A stretch of 57,970 nt of DNA from contig NC_068996.1 in the NCBI RefSeq assembly GCF_001194135.2, positions 52,642,154-52,700,123 on the forward strand, read 5' to 3'. This document shows positions 47,428 through 57,970 of the stretch, piece after piece. The notes beneath the pieces were generated by a model. It did not search any database and was not told the DNA's origin. It was given only the letters and a program-made list of their open reading frames with translations. Positions within the stretch are counted from its first letter, which is position 1; every line of letters starts with the position of its first letter. The translations under genes and the position numbers were made by a program. This DNA is from Octopus bimaculoides (lineage: Eukaryota).

Positions 47428-48206
47428 NNNNNNNNNNNNNNNNNNNNNNNNNNNNNNNNNNNNNNNNNNNNNNNNNNNNNNNNNNNNNNNNNNNNNNNNN
47501 NNNNNNNNNNNNNNNNNNNNNNNNNNNNNNNNNNNNNNNNNNNNNNNNNNNNNNNNNNNNNNNNNNNNNNNNNNNNNNNNNNNNNNNNNNNNNNNNNNNN
47601 NNNNNNNNNNNNNNNNNNNNNNNNNNNNNNNNNNNNNNNNNNNNNNNNNNNNNNNNNNNNNNNNNNNNNNNNNNNNNNNNNNNNNNNNNNNNNNNNNNNN
47701 NNNNNNNNNNNNNNNNNNNNNNNNNNNNNNNNNNNNNNNNNNNNNNNNNNNNNNNNNNNNNNNNNNNNNNNNNNNNNNNNNNNNNNNNNNNNNNNNNNNN
47801 NNNNNNNNNNNNNNNNNNNNNNTATATATATGGCACTCATGGTGATGCCATGTAAAAGCACTTGTGCAGTGCCACATAAAAGCACTTGTGTGACACTACA
47901 TAAAAGTGCCTGTGCAGTGGCACATAAAATTCAACCAGCACACTCTGTAAAGTGGTTGGTGTTAGGAGGGGCATCCAACTGTAGAAACTATGCCATAGAA
48001 AATGGAGTTTTGTGCAGCCCCTCAGCTTGCCAGCTCTGTCACACTGTCCTACACATGCCAGCATGGACAATGGACGTTAAATGAGGCTGGTGCTCCAGCA
48101 TGACCACAGCCACATGGCTGAACTGAGTAAAAGAGTAAATTTGTGTGTGTGTGAGTGTGTGAGTGTGTGTGTGTGTGTGTGAGAAATGATGATGAATATA
48201 TGTGTA

Positions 48207-48290
<84 letters not shown>

Positions 48291-48429
48291 TTACCATCTG
48301 TTCTCCATGCTGAAATGTGTTGGACAGTTTGATAGGAGCAGCTAAAACCAGAGAGCTGCACCAGGCTCCAATTGTTTGTTTTGGTCAGCAGTAGCTAGCA
48401 AGAATGCCAAATGGACTGGCTCCTGTGCA

Positions 48430-49300
48430 GGTGGCACATAAAAAAACCCATTTTGTATGATGCCTGTGTGCAAACAGCCATGCTACAGGGCAGTAAAATA
48501 TGGGCTGTGACTGCTGAGGATATATGTAGGCTTGAAAGAAATGAAGCTAGTATGATCTGCTGGTTGTGCAATGTCAGTGAGCATGTTTGACAGAGTGTAA
48601 GCATCTTGAGAGCAAAGTTGGGCATAAGAGGCATCAGATGTGGTGTACAAGAGAGACAACTACACTGGTATGGTCATGTGTTGCATATGGATGAGGAGAG
48701 CTGTGTGAAGAAGTGTTACATTTAAACAGTGGAGGGAAGCTGTGGAAGAAGTAGACCCAGGAAGACCTGGGTTGAGGTGGTGAAGCACAATCTTCGTACG
48801 TTGGGCCTCATGGAGGCAATGACAAGTGACCAAGACCTTTGGAGATGTGCTGTGCTTGAGAAGACCCAGGAAGTCAAGTGAGATTGTAACCGTGGCCTAT
48901 GCCAGTGTCGCATAACTGGCCCATTTAAGAGTACCCTGCAATCATTGGGCAATATACTGTGCATGAGAAGACATGTTGAGTCAAGTGAAATCATTGTCAT
49001 GGTTGATTCCAGTACTGCCTGACTGGCACCCATGCCAGTGGCATGTAAAAAGCACCATTCAAGCATGGTTGATGCCTGTACCGCCTAACTGGTCCTCATG
49101 CTGGTAGCATGAAAGAGCACCCACTGCACTCTCAGAGTGGTTGGTGTTAGGGAGGGTTATCAGCTGTAGAAACCTTGCCAGATCAGATAGGAGTCTGGTG
49201 CAGCCTCCTGGCTTGGCAGCCCTCAGTCAAACCATCCAACCCATGCCAGCATGGAAAGTGGACATTAAACAATGATGATGATGATGATGATGATGATGAT
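48430..49300 (+). mobile_element. RTE-clade LINE 3' fragment to tail
   Basis: LQGSKIWAVTAEDICRLERNEASMICW, WYGHVLHMDEESCVKKC, RPRKTW, UTR and (GAT)n. Confidence 0.9.
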
Positions 49301-49542
49301 ATATACACGTACATATGCATATACATGTATTGGGTTTTTAATCACAGAACATCTGTAGCAGATACTATCTCCGGATGAATACTGCAGTAAATTTACCTTT
49401 CAATGATGCATTTACATTAGGTATGATACACAGGTGGCTATTTTAATCTAATACTTTTATTGCATATAACTTATGTATATATATTTCTGTGAACTGACAA
49501 GCAATGTACAAAATATATAAAGTTATTTGTTTATTATTTCAG

Positions 49543-49647
49543 GTTTACACTATGCCGGAATACATAAATAAGCGATTTGGTGGAAAACGGATACACTTAT
49601 ATCTCAGTTGCTTGGCTCTACTTCTTTACATTTTTACAAAAATATCT
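49543..49647 (+). CDS. SLC5A: SLC5 exon 5: [35 protein letters not shown]
   Basis: TTTCAG acceptor, GTAAGT donor at 49648, 105 nt. TMPEY..KRFGG.RI..YLS motif. Confidence 0.97.
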
Positions 49648-49682
49648 GTAAGTTTACAAGTTTATTTGTTTACTCCAACTAA

Positions 49683-49897
49683 CCCTTTAGCATTCAGATA
49701 ACTGTCAAATGTAATGCTTATTTATTCATATTGTCTTCAATTAATCATGGTTCATCGTGTAGCTTTGAGATTTTGATGAAGTAACTTCATTTTTAGAATG
49801 ATATTGTAGGATTTGTGTGAGAGGTCTGATCTGGTCAGTTTGAACATAAAACAGCAGAATATTTAAACCAGATATGGCCAGTTTAGATGCTAAAGAG
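49683..49897. mobile_element. 215-bp piggyBac-like MITE
   Basis: Ends CTAA|CCCTTTAGCAT ... ATGCTAAAGAG|TTAA. Two more tandem copies at 54326-54750. Confidence 0.7.
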
Positions 49898-49974
49898 TTA
49901 AGTTAATTACTTGTTATTAACAGGGAAAGTTTATTAGAATGTTACTGCAGATACATGCACAAAGTTAGTTTTTC

Positions 49975-50366
49975 TTTTAACTTTTACTTGTTTCAATCAT
50001 TAGACTGTGACCATGCTGGAGCACCACCTTGAAGGGTTTATTGACCAAATCAAACTCAGTATTTAATCATTTTTTTTTCTTTTGCTAAACCTAATACTTA
50101 TTCTCTCAGTCTCTCTTTTGTGACCTGCTAAGTTACAAGAACATTGACCAGCATCTGGTGGTAAAGAACAAATGCAAAGACACACACATACACACATAAG
50201 TATCCATCAAGGAATTCTTTCAATCCTTGTCTACCAAATGCACTAACAAAACATTGATCAGCCAGAGTCTATAGTATAAGACATTTGCCCAAGGTGCCAC
50301 ACAAAGGAACTGAACTAAAAACCATGTGGTTTGAAAGCAAACTTCTTACCACATAGCTATGCCTGC
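49975..50366 (-). mobile_element. tRNA-derived SINE (family of 28271-28686), reverse orientation
   Basis: Reverse complement of head and tail, with an internal (CA)n tract. Confidence 0.8.
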
Positions 50367-50944
50367 ATCTATCTTGACAAACTTATTAAATAAAATGTGT
50401 AATAAAACAGAACTGCATACATATCACTGTGAATAAATAACCTTCATATAAAACGCTCTACACAATGTTATATAAATTAAATTCTTGCTTTCCATATTTG
50501 ATATAATCCTCTTTCTTCACTCAAAACCAAAATTAGAGTTGGAACTGACACAAAACTTTGTCATATGGTTTGGTTCAATAGTAAATTTGTGGAATTGAAA
50601 TTTTGAAAAATGTCAACAAATCTACAATGTGTGAGATAAACTGAGTATATATAGAAGTAGATACACTTGCACAGGCACTCTCACACATGCAAACATGCAC
50701 AGAGAGAGAGAGAGAGAGAGAGTAATATACACTCACACATGCACACCAGGGGTGTATATGGCAGAACCACTTCTTAGCCACTATTGTTCCCAAGTCTACT
50801 TTGAGATGGAGCAGAAGGACCTGTCAAAGCCCATGATATGTATGAAATGGCATTGAACCACCTGAGCTGGGGTATGTTGAAGTCATGGGATGCAGCATGG
50901 AGGATGTGAAGTATTTCAGCAAATGAATTTTATTGAAATATCAC

Positions 50945-51230
50945 CAGATGAACAGACAATAAACTGTCAATGGTCAGGATCAACCAGTTCATTTAAGGAT
51001 CTACTGTGATCATCTGTAGTCACAGCATACACAGATGAAATATTTCAGTTAGGGAAAGACCAGTGTGGTTAATACTCAAGCCAGATGATTGAGTCAATGG
51101 CAAATATCACAAGATGCTGAGCAGATGAATAGACAATAAACTGTCAACAGCCAGGAACAGCCAGTTCAGTTAGTGATCTACTGCTATCATCTATAGTCAT
51201 GGCAATGCACAAAGGAAGTATTTCAGCAAG
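50945..51230. repeat. Two diverged tandem units, about 177-bp period
   Basis: CAGATGAAYAGACAATAAACTGTCAA at 50945 and 51122, with continuing similarity. Confidence 0.75.
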
Positions 51231-51236
51231 AATAAG

Positions 51237-51790
51237 ACCTTCGAAGGTTATGCTTCACCACCTCATCCCATGTCTTCCTGAGTCTACCTCTTCCACAGAT
51301 CCCCTCCCCTGTTAGGGCGTGACACTTCTTCACACAGCTCTCCTCATCCATAAGCATCATATGATCATATCAGTGCAGTCGTCTCTCTTGCACACCACAT
51401 CTCATGCTTCTTATGTCCAACATTTCTCTCAGGGTGCTCACACTTTGTCGGGTATGCACACTAACATTACACATCCAACAGATCATACTGGCTTCATTCC
51501 TTTCAAGCCTATGCATGTCCTCAGCAGTCACAACCCATATTTCACTGCTATGTAGCATGGCTGTTCACACACATGCATCATGCAGTCTCCCTTTCACTCT
51601 GAGCAAGAGGCCCTTTCTCACCAGCAGAGGTAGGAGCTCCCTAAACTTTGCCCAGGCTATTCTTACTCTAGTCGCTACACTCTCACAGCATACACCCCAG
51701 CTGCTGACTTGGTCACCTAGGTAACGGAAGTTCTCAACTACTTCTAGGTTTTCCCTGCTGTTTTCTGCACATTTCCAGTGTTTGTTGCCC
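51237..51790 (-). mobile_element. RTE-clade LINE fragment, reverse orientation
   Basis: ENLEVVENFRYLGD...RIAWAKFRELLPLL; LHSSEIWVVTAEDMHRLERNEASM. Confidence 0.9.
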
Positions 51791-52257
51791 CTAAGCATTT
51801 GCCACACAAAAACTATTGTAGCGGCACAAGCAGTCAGTGCCATATTGGGTGAGATCTCGTAGCAGCCAGTTGCCATCTCCGAGACTGGAGCAAGACCTCA
51901 CCTGCATCCATTTGCCATGCACGAGCTTATAACAAGGCTTGCAATAGCAAAGCTATAAAAGGAAAGAAACCTTGAGGTTTGATCTCACTTTTCCTGCTGT
52001 GACCGCTAGAGAGCACACTTCACTGGCTAAGCCTCTAGGCTAGTCCGCTTGTCACATCTCCTGAGGCCATGGCCCACATAACAGAGAACAATGAATTTAT
52101 ACCGCATGAGATGGCTGCAAAAGAGCAACATATCACACCTTTGTATATATTGTAAATAAATACTAATGGAGAACCTGCATTTTGCCTAATACTTCTTTAC
52201 TCAAAGCAACACGAAAAATAAGAAATTAATGGGAGACATCTGCAAAAACCAAACAGT

Positions 52258-52436
52258 GTCTCTTACAGCTGTTTCAATTAAGCCTAAAAGATTAAATAGC
52301 AATTATTAAAATCATTATATTAGCTAAGATCTTCTTGGAGGGGTAGAAAAAAGATATACTGCTATGTTTTTTACTTGTTGTCTTTTAGAATCATTACAGC
52401 AGACTGCTAGGCTTAATTGAAACAGCTGTAAGGGAC
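52258..52436. repeat. 29-bp inverted repeat pair (one mismatch), possible MITE
   Basis: GTCTCTTACAGCTGTTTCAATTAAGCCTA (52258-86) versus TAGGCTTAATTGAAACAGCTGTAAGGGAC (52408-36). Confidence 0.8.
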
Positions 52437-53327
52437 TATGCTTGATTTTTACAGATGATAAATTTTTATTAAATGCTATATCTCTATTTTCTTACTTTCT
52501 TATATATATATATATATATATATATATNNNNNNNNNNNNNNNNNNNNNNNNNNNNNNNNNNNNNNNNNNNNNNNNNNNNNNNNNNNNNNNNNNNNNNNNN
52601 NNNNNNNNNNNNNNNNNNNNNNNNNNNNNNNNNNNNNNNNNNNNNNNNNNNNNNNNNNNNNNNNNNNNNNNNNNNNNNNNNNNNNNNNNNNNNNNNNNNN
52701 NNNNNNNNNNNNNNNNNNNNNNNNNNNNNNNNNNNNNNNNNNNNNNNNNNNNNNNNNNNNNNNNNNNNNNNNNNNNNNNNNNNNNNNNNNNNNNNNNNNN
52801 NNNNNNNNNNNNNNNNNNNNNNNNNNNNNNNNNNNNNNNNNNNNNNNNNNNNNNNNNNNNNNNNNNNNNNNNNNNNNNNNNNNNNNNNNNNNNNNNNNNN
52901 NNNNNNNNNNNNNNNNNNNNNNNNNNNNNNNNNNNNNNNNNNNNNNNNNNNNNNNNNNNNNNNNNNNNNNNNNNNNNNNNNNNNNNNNNNNNNNNNNNNN
53001 NNNNNNNNNNNNNNNNNNNNNNNNNNNNNNNNNNNNNNNNNNNNNNNNNNNNNNNNNNNNNNNNNNNNNNNNNNNNNNNNNNNNNNNNNNNNNNNNNNNN
53101 NNNNNNNNNNNNNNNNNNNNNNNNNNNNNNNNNNNNNNNNNNNNNNNNNNNNNNNNNNNNNNNNNNNNNNNNNNNNNNNNNNNNNNNNNNNNNNNNNNNN
53201 NNNNNNNNNNNNNNNNNNNNNNNNNNNNNNNNNNNNNNNNNNNNNNNNNNNNNNNNNNNNNNNNNNNNNNNNNNNNNNNNNNNNNNNNNNNNNNNNNNNN
53301 NNNNNNNNNNNNNNNNNNGTATATATG

Positions 53328-53403
<76 letters not shown>

Positions 53404-53473
53404 AATGCTAAAGATATTTACTTGTGATATGTTTTTTATAACATTTTTATTTTGTTTATTAATTTGGTTTCAG

Positions 53474-53579
53474 GCTGATTTGTACTCAGGTGCTCTGTTC
53501 ATCACTCTAGCTGCCAACATGAATATCTACCTTGCTGTACTAATACTGCTTGTAATATCTGCATTATTCACCATAGGAG
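53474..53579 (+). CDS. SLC5A: SLC5 exon 6: ADLYSGALFITLAANMNIYLAVLILLVISALFTIG(G); gene continues beyond the window
   Basis: TTTCAG acceptor, GTAAGA donor at 53580, 106 nt (phase 1). AD.YSGA.FI motif. The next exon (GGL.AV.YTD) was not found in the remaining sequence. Confidence 0.95.
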
Positions 53580-54325
53580 GTAAGATTTTAAAAAAGCTTC
53601 TTGATCGATCCATCCATTTGTTGTTTAATCCTTTTAATATCAATCTACTTGAAGCTGTTCCTGGTTCTTTGATACAAAATCAGTATTTTAAAGTTTTCTA
53701 AAATAAGACCTTCCTTCAAAATTTCATGTTAATCTATGTTCCTAAAACAAGATAAATACTGACAAAATCCTTTTACCAAATTCTTCATTATTTTCAAAAT
53801 TAATAGCAACAAGGGCAGCAGTGTATTTCAATTGAAATATGGTACTAAAAGTATTTGATTGAAAGAATGCATTTCTGTTTTACGAGATACAATTTCACTT
53901 CATTACAAGAATCATTGAGTTTTGTTTCATGAAATATCGTTTTTGCAGTTTAATTGCTGCTTGCACATGCAAATATATTCATCTGAGTTTTATAAAATGC
54001 ATGTAATTAAAAGTACCCACTACACTCTCGTAGTCGTTGGCGTTAGGAAGGGCATCCAGCTGTAGAAACTCTGCCAAATCAGATTGAGCCTGGTGCAGCC
54101 TCTGGCTCACCAGTCCTTAGTGAAACCATCCAACCCATGCCAGCATGGAAAGCAGACATTAAATGATGATGATGATGATGATGACGACGATCAGGAAGGG
54201 TGTCCAAGTGTATAACACTCTTTTAAAAAAGGGAACCATGGAAAATACACAAACTTCCATTTGTCAAACTGAAAACTGTTATAGTGGTTGTTTGGGGGTT
54301 TCTTTAGTAAAGGAATCAGCATTAA

Positions 54326-54750
54326 CCCATTACCATTCTGATTATGCTGTCAAATGTAATGCCTATTTATTCTCATTGTTTTGAATTTATCATGCGTTAT
54401 ATCATAGGGTCAAGATTTCAATGATGTGATTGTTTACTTTTAGAATGACATTGTAGGGTAGGTGTGAGAGAGCAGATCTGGCCATTTTAAGCAGAATATT
54501 TGGTAGCATATTTGGGCCAAATACGGCTGGTTTAATCCTTAACACTAAGACATTTTCTGTATTGCTTATTTGTTCACATTGTTTTCAATTAACCATGCAT
54601 CACCCTATAGCTTCAAGATTTCAACAATGTGATTGTAAATTCCTAGAATGACATTGCAGGGTAGGTGTGAGAGGTTGGATAGGCTCATTTGAGCGTAAAA
54701 CAGATTGACTATCTAGGTCAGATGTGGCCAGTTTAAATGCTAAAATGTTT
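54326..54750. mobile_element. Two tandem copies of the piggyBac-like MITE
   Basis: TTAA|CCC start at 54322-28. Internal homology to 49683-49897 occurs twice. Confidence 0.65.
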
Positions 54751-54936
54751 CAAGCATTTGCTATTGATGTTGTTTGGTTTTATAAATTATGTCTTTAGTT
54801 TCTATAGTTTATTAGTCTTATAATGATAAGAGAAAATACTTTTTATTTCCTTGCAGTAGGTTAAGTATGTATTATATCTTGGGTTTTCAAATCTCAGCAG
54901 TTTGTTCTCATATAAGTTTAGGAAGCTATTCTACAA

Positions 54937-54970
<34 letters not shown>

Positions 54971-55046
54971 TAGTAAAGGGTAAAAATCATTAATGATTTT
55001 ACCAAAGGGTCAGCACCAAAATAAAAACCTCATAGGCGAATTTTAC

Positions 55047-55349
55047 AAATATTACAATAATCATATACATAATTATAGCAAGGGATTGGCTATAAACCTC
55101 TCCACACGCTAGAAATAGATGCCAAAAGACACTAATACCACCTTAAAAACTCCCAAAAATAAAGTACAGGCTGTAGTCGAGCAAAAGAAAGATAATGTAT
55201 TAAACTTTTGGTTAAATGTGTACAAGATCCTGTTTCAAGCTTAAGGTAGTTTTTAAGGTGGTATTAGCATTTTTTGGCATCTATTTCTAGTGTGTGGAGA
55301 GACTTATAGCCAATCCCTTGTTATAATTATGTATATAATTATAATATTT
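55047..55349. repeat. Foldback element, core arms 55079-55151 and 55248-55320
   Basis: 73-bp arms, reverse complementary with about 6 differences. Weaker AT-rich symmetry extends about 30 bp further out. Confidence 0.9.
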
Positions 55350-55420
<71 letters not shown>

Positions 55421-56469
55421 NNNNNNNNNNNNNNNNNNNNNNNNNNNNNNNNNNNNNNNNNNNNNNNNNNNNNNNNNNNNNNNNNNNNNNNNNNNNNNNN
55501 NNNNNNNNNNNNNNNNNNNNNNNNNNNNNNNNNNNNNNNNNNNNNNNNNNNNNNNNNNNNNNNNNNNNNNNNNNNNNNNNNNNNNNNNNNNNNNNNNNNN
55601 NNNNNNNNNNNNNNNNNNNNNNNNNNNNNNNNNNNNNNNNNNNNNNNNNNNNNNNNNNNNNNNNNNNNNNNNNNNNNNNNNNNNNNNNNNNNNNNNNNNN
55701 NNNNNNNNNNNNNNNNNNNNNNNNNNNNNNNNNNNNNNNNNNNNNNNNNNNNNNNNNNNNNNNNNNNNNNNNNNNNNNNNNNNNNNNNNNNNNNNNNNNN
55801 NNNNNNNNNNNNNNNNNNNNNNNNNNNNNNNNNNNNNNNNNNNNNNNNNNNNNNNNNNNNNNNNNNNNNNNNNNNNNNNNNNNNNNNNNNNNNNNNNNNN
55901 NNNNNNNNNNNNNNNNNNNNNNNNNNNNNNNNNNNNNNNNNNNNNNNNNNNNNNNNNNNNNNNNNNNNNNNNNNNNNNNNNNNNNNNNNNNNNNNNNNNN
56001 NNNNNNNNNNNNNNNNNNNNNNNNNNNNNNNNNNNNNNNNNNNNNNNNNNNNNNNNNNNNNNNNNNNNNNNNNNNNNNNNNNNNNNNNNNNNNNNNNNNN
56101 NNNNNNNNNNNNNNNNNNNNNNNNNNNNNNNNNNNNNNNNNNNNNTATATATATATATATATGTAAGCATGTATGTATCTATATCTATCTATCTATCTAT
56201 CTATCTATATATATATATATATATTGTGATATGTTGTGAAATTGCAGTTGTGACTGGTGCTGGTGCCTCATAACTAGCACCTTGTACTGGTGGCATGTAA
56301 ATAGCACTGATTACACTCTTGGAGCGATTGGCATTAGGAAGAACATCCAGCCATAGAAACCATGAAAAATCAGACTGGAGTCTCGTGCAGCACTCCAGCT
56401 TACCAGTTTCAGTTAAACTGTCCAACCCATGCCAGCATGGAAAGCAGATGCTAAATGATGATGATGATG

Positions 56470-57022
56470 ATATGTAGGCACAGGCACGACTGTGCAGTAA
56501 GAAGTTTGCTTCTGAACCACATGGTTCTGGGTTCAATCCCACTGCGTTGGCACCTTTCCCATCCATATCATCAGATCCCAAAAACCTGTTGGCCCATAAC
56601 CTCTCAAAAATATGGAGGGGGAAATGCCTCACTACACAAAGGTAACAATTGGGGATTATCTCCCTTTGCTATTAGCTATTGACTTCTGGCTGTGCTGCCA
56701 TCTTGTGGGCTCGAAAAAGCAAGCTGGAACCTCTTGAAATGTTCCTGCAATGATGGCAGCACAGAAGTCAATGGCCAATAGCAAAGGGAGATAATCCCCA
56801 ATTGTTATCTTTGTGTAGTGAGGCATTTCCCCCTCCATATTTTTAAGAGGTTATGGGCCAACAGGTTTTTTGGATCTGATAATATACCATAATACTAAAC
56901 CCTTTATGGAAACCTAAGATAATCCCATAAACCGGCCTTCCCCATGTTTAATATATACTGCTCTACATCTTAGAGTGCGCTTCTTCTTTCGGATTTATAT
57001 ATGCATATAAATAAATAAATAA

Positions 57023-57085
<63 letters not shown>

Positions 57086-57310
57086 TACACACATATATAT
57101 ATACACACATACACGTATATATACACACACACACACATGTCCCCCACCACCACTTGTCAACCAGTGTTGGTATATTCATGCCCCTGTAACTTAGTGGTTT
57201 GGCAAGAGAGACTGATAGAATAGGTACCAAGCTTAAAAAAAAACTAAATTTCTTCAAGGTGGTGCTCTAGCGTGGCCATGGTCTAATGACAAATAAAAGA
57301 TTAAAAAAAT
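56470..57310 (+). mobile_element. SINE head (56470-56556) and tail (57137-57310) separated by the foldback and microsatellite
   Basis: Head and tail both align to 28271-28686. Confidence 0.65.
56566..56884. repeat. Long foldback element, arms 56566-56702 and 56752-56884
   Basis: About 135-bp arms, reverse complementary with about 6 substitutions and one 4-nt indel. 49-nt spacer. Confidence 0.93.
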
Positions 57311-57497
57311 AAAAGATATATGGCATAAAATTTCTGATATCACACAAAATTCATGTTGATCTTTGATACTTTTAAATTATTTTTTTTTGTCCTTTTCCAG
57401 ATTTTAGTAAAACTATTCATATTTTGAACCATTTTCAATATATTTCAATATTTCAAAATTGTAGTTGCTATCCTCATCGTAGTTGACGTCATTGTCG

Positions 57498-57527
<30 letters not shown>

Positions 57528-57530
<3 letters not shown>

Positions 57531-57730
57531 AGGTGGTGAGGTGGAAGGATCATTAGTGTGCTGAGCATCTGTTTTTATGTTCTGAGTTCAGATTCTAAGT
57601 CCACTTAGCTATTCATTCCTTTCAGGGTTGATGAAATAAGTACCAGTTATGCGCAGGGGTGAATGTAATCAAGTAGCACACTTCCCCACTCCCAAAATTG
57701 CTAGCCTTAGGCCTATAGTAGGAAGGATCG
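57528..57730 (+). mobile_element. Diverged SINE-like repeat (third family)
   Basis: Degenerate tRNA-like head (aaggtggtgag..., gagttcagattc) and body ...cattcctttcagggttgatgaaataagtaccag... Confidence 0.5.
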
Positions 57731-57750
57731 TCATTGTGGTCGTGATAATT

Positions 57751-57790
<40 letters not shown>

Positions 57791-57970
57791 TTGATAAGTA
57801 AATTCAAAAAAGGATAAAACTCTTTTACAAGAATTTTATCAAGAAGCCAGTGTGTAAAAAAATTCATAAGGGAAATTTATATTCCCAAGAATATAATTAT
57901 TTGTTTATATTTATATAAAGGGCATTATGACAGAAGTCCACTGTGTGGCGTTATTATTTTTCTGTAATAA

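Noticed and set aside
54841-57470. Strong-looking acceptors (TTCCTTGCAG at 54847-56, CCTTTTCCAG at 57391-400) as SLC5 exon 7
   Set aside because: Downstream translations do not give the expected GGL.AV.YTD motif and soon hit stops.
321-57867. Many ORFs in the track (YIYI, CVCV, THTH, MMMM, NNNN, and X-filled)
   Set aside because: They are translations of microsatellites or N gaps, with no protein signal.

Overview
Eukaryotic, AT-rich, microsatellite- and gap-rich draft-assembly DNA. The repeat families (RTE-type LINE tails ending in (GAT)n, a tRNA-derived SINE with an internal TA/TG tract) look like Octopus/coleoid cephalopod; this is recognition from memory, not a search. The only host gene I can support is the 5' half of an SLC5 sodium/solute symporter (SGLT/SMIT-like) on the + strand. 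It has six coding exons (15642-15737, 35256-35324, 39178-39282, 46292-46351, 49543-49647, 53474-53579) with GT-AG introns of phase 0,0,0,0,0,1, and it continues beyond the window. The rest is mostly transposon debris: RTE LINEs, an L1/Tx1 LINE split by a mariner, an RLE-type (R2/R4-like) fragment, a Penelope RT fragment, Tc1, maT, pogo/Tigger and possibly hAT remnants, MITEs and SINEs. The most interesting non-annotated signal is a set of type I hammerhead-ribozyme motifs from several unrelated sequence families. All have a self-complementary stem III, the dimer-type architecture known from Penelope-like elements. One has a fully canonical core on the sense strand of intron 1. There are also several long foldback elements and an inverted LINE pair flanking exon 5 that would form dsRNA in the pre-mRNA. 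I found no CRISPR array, rRNA or true tRNA gene. Most ORFs in the supplied track are microsatellite or N-gap artefacts.
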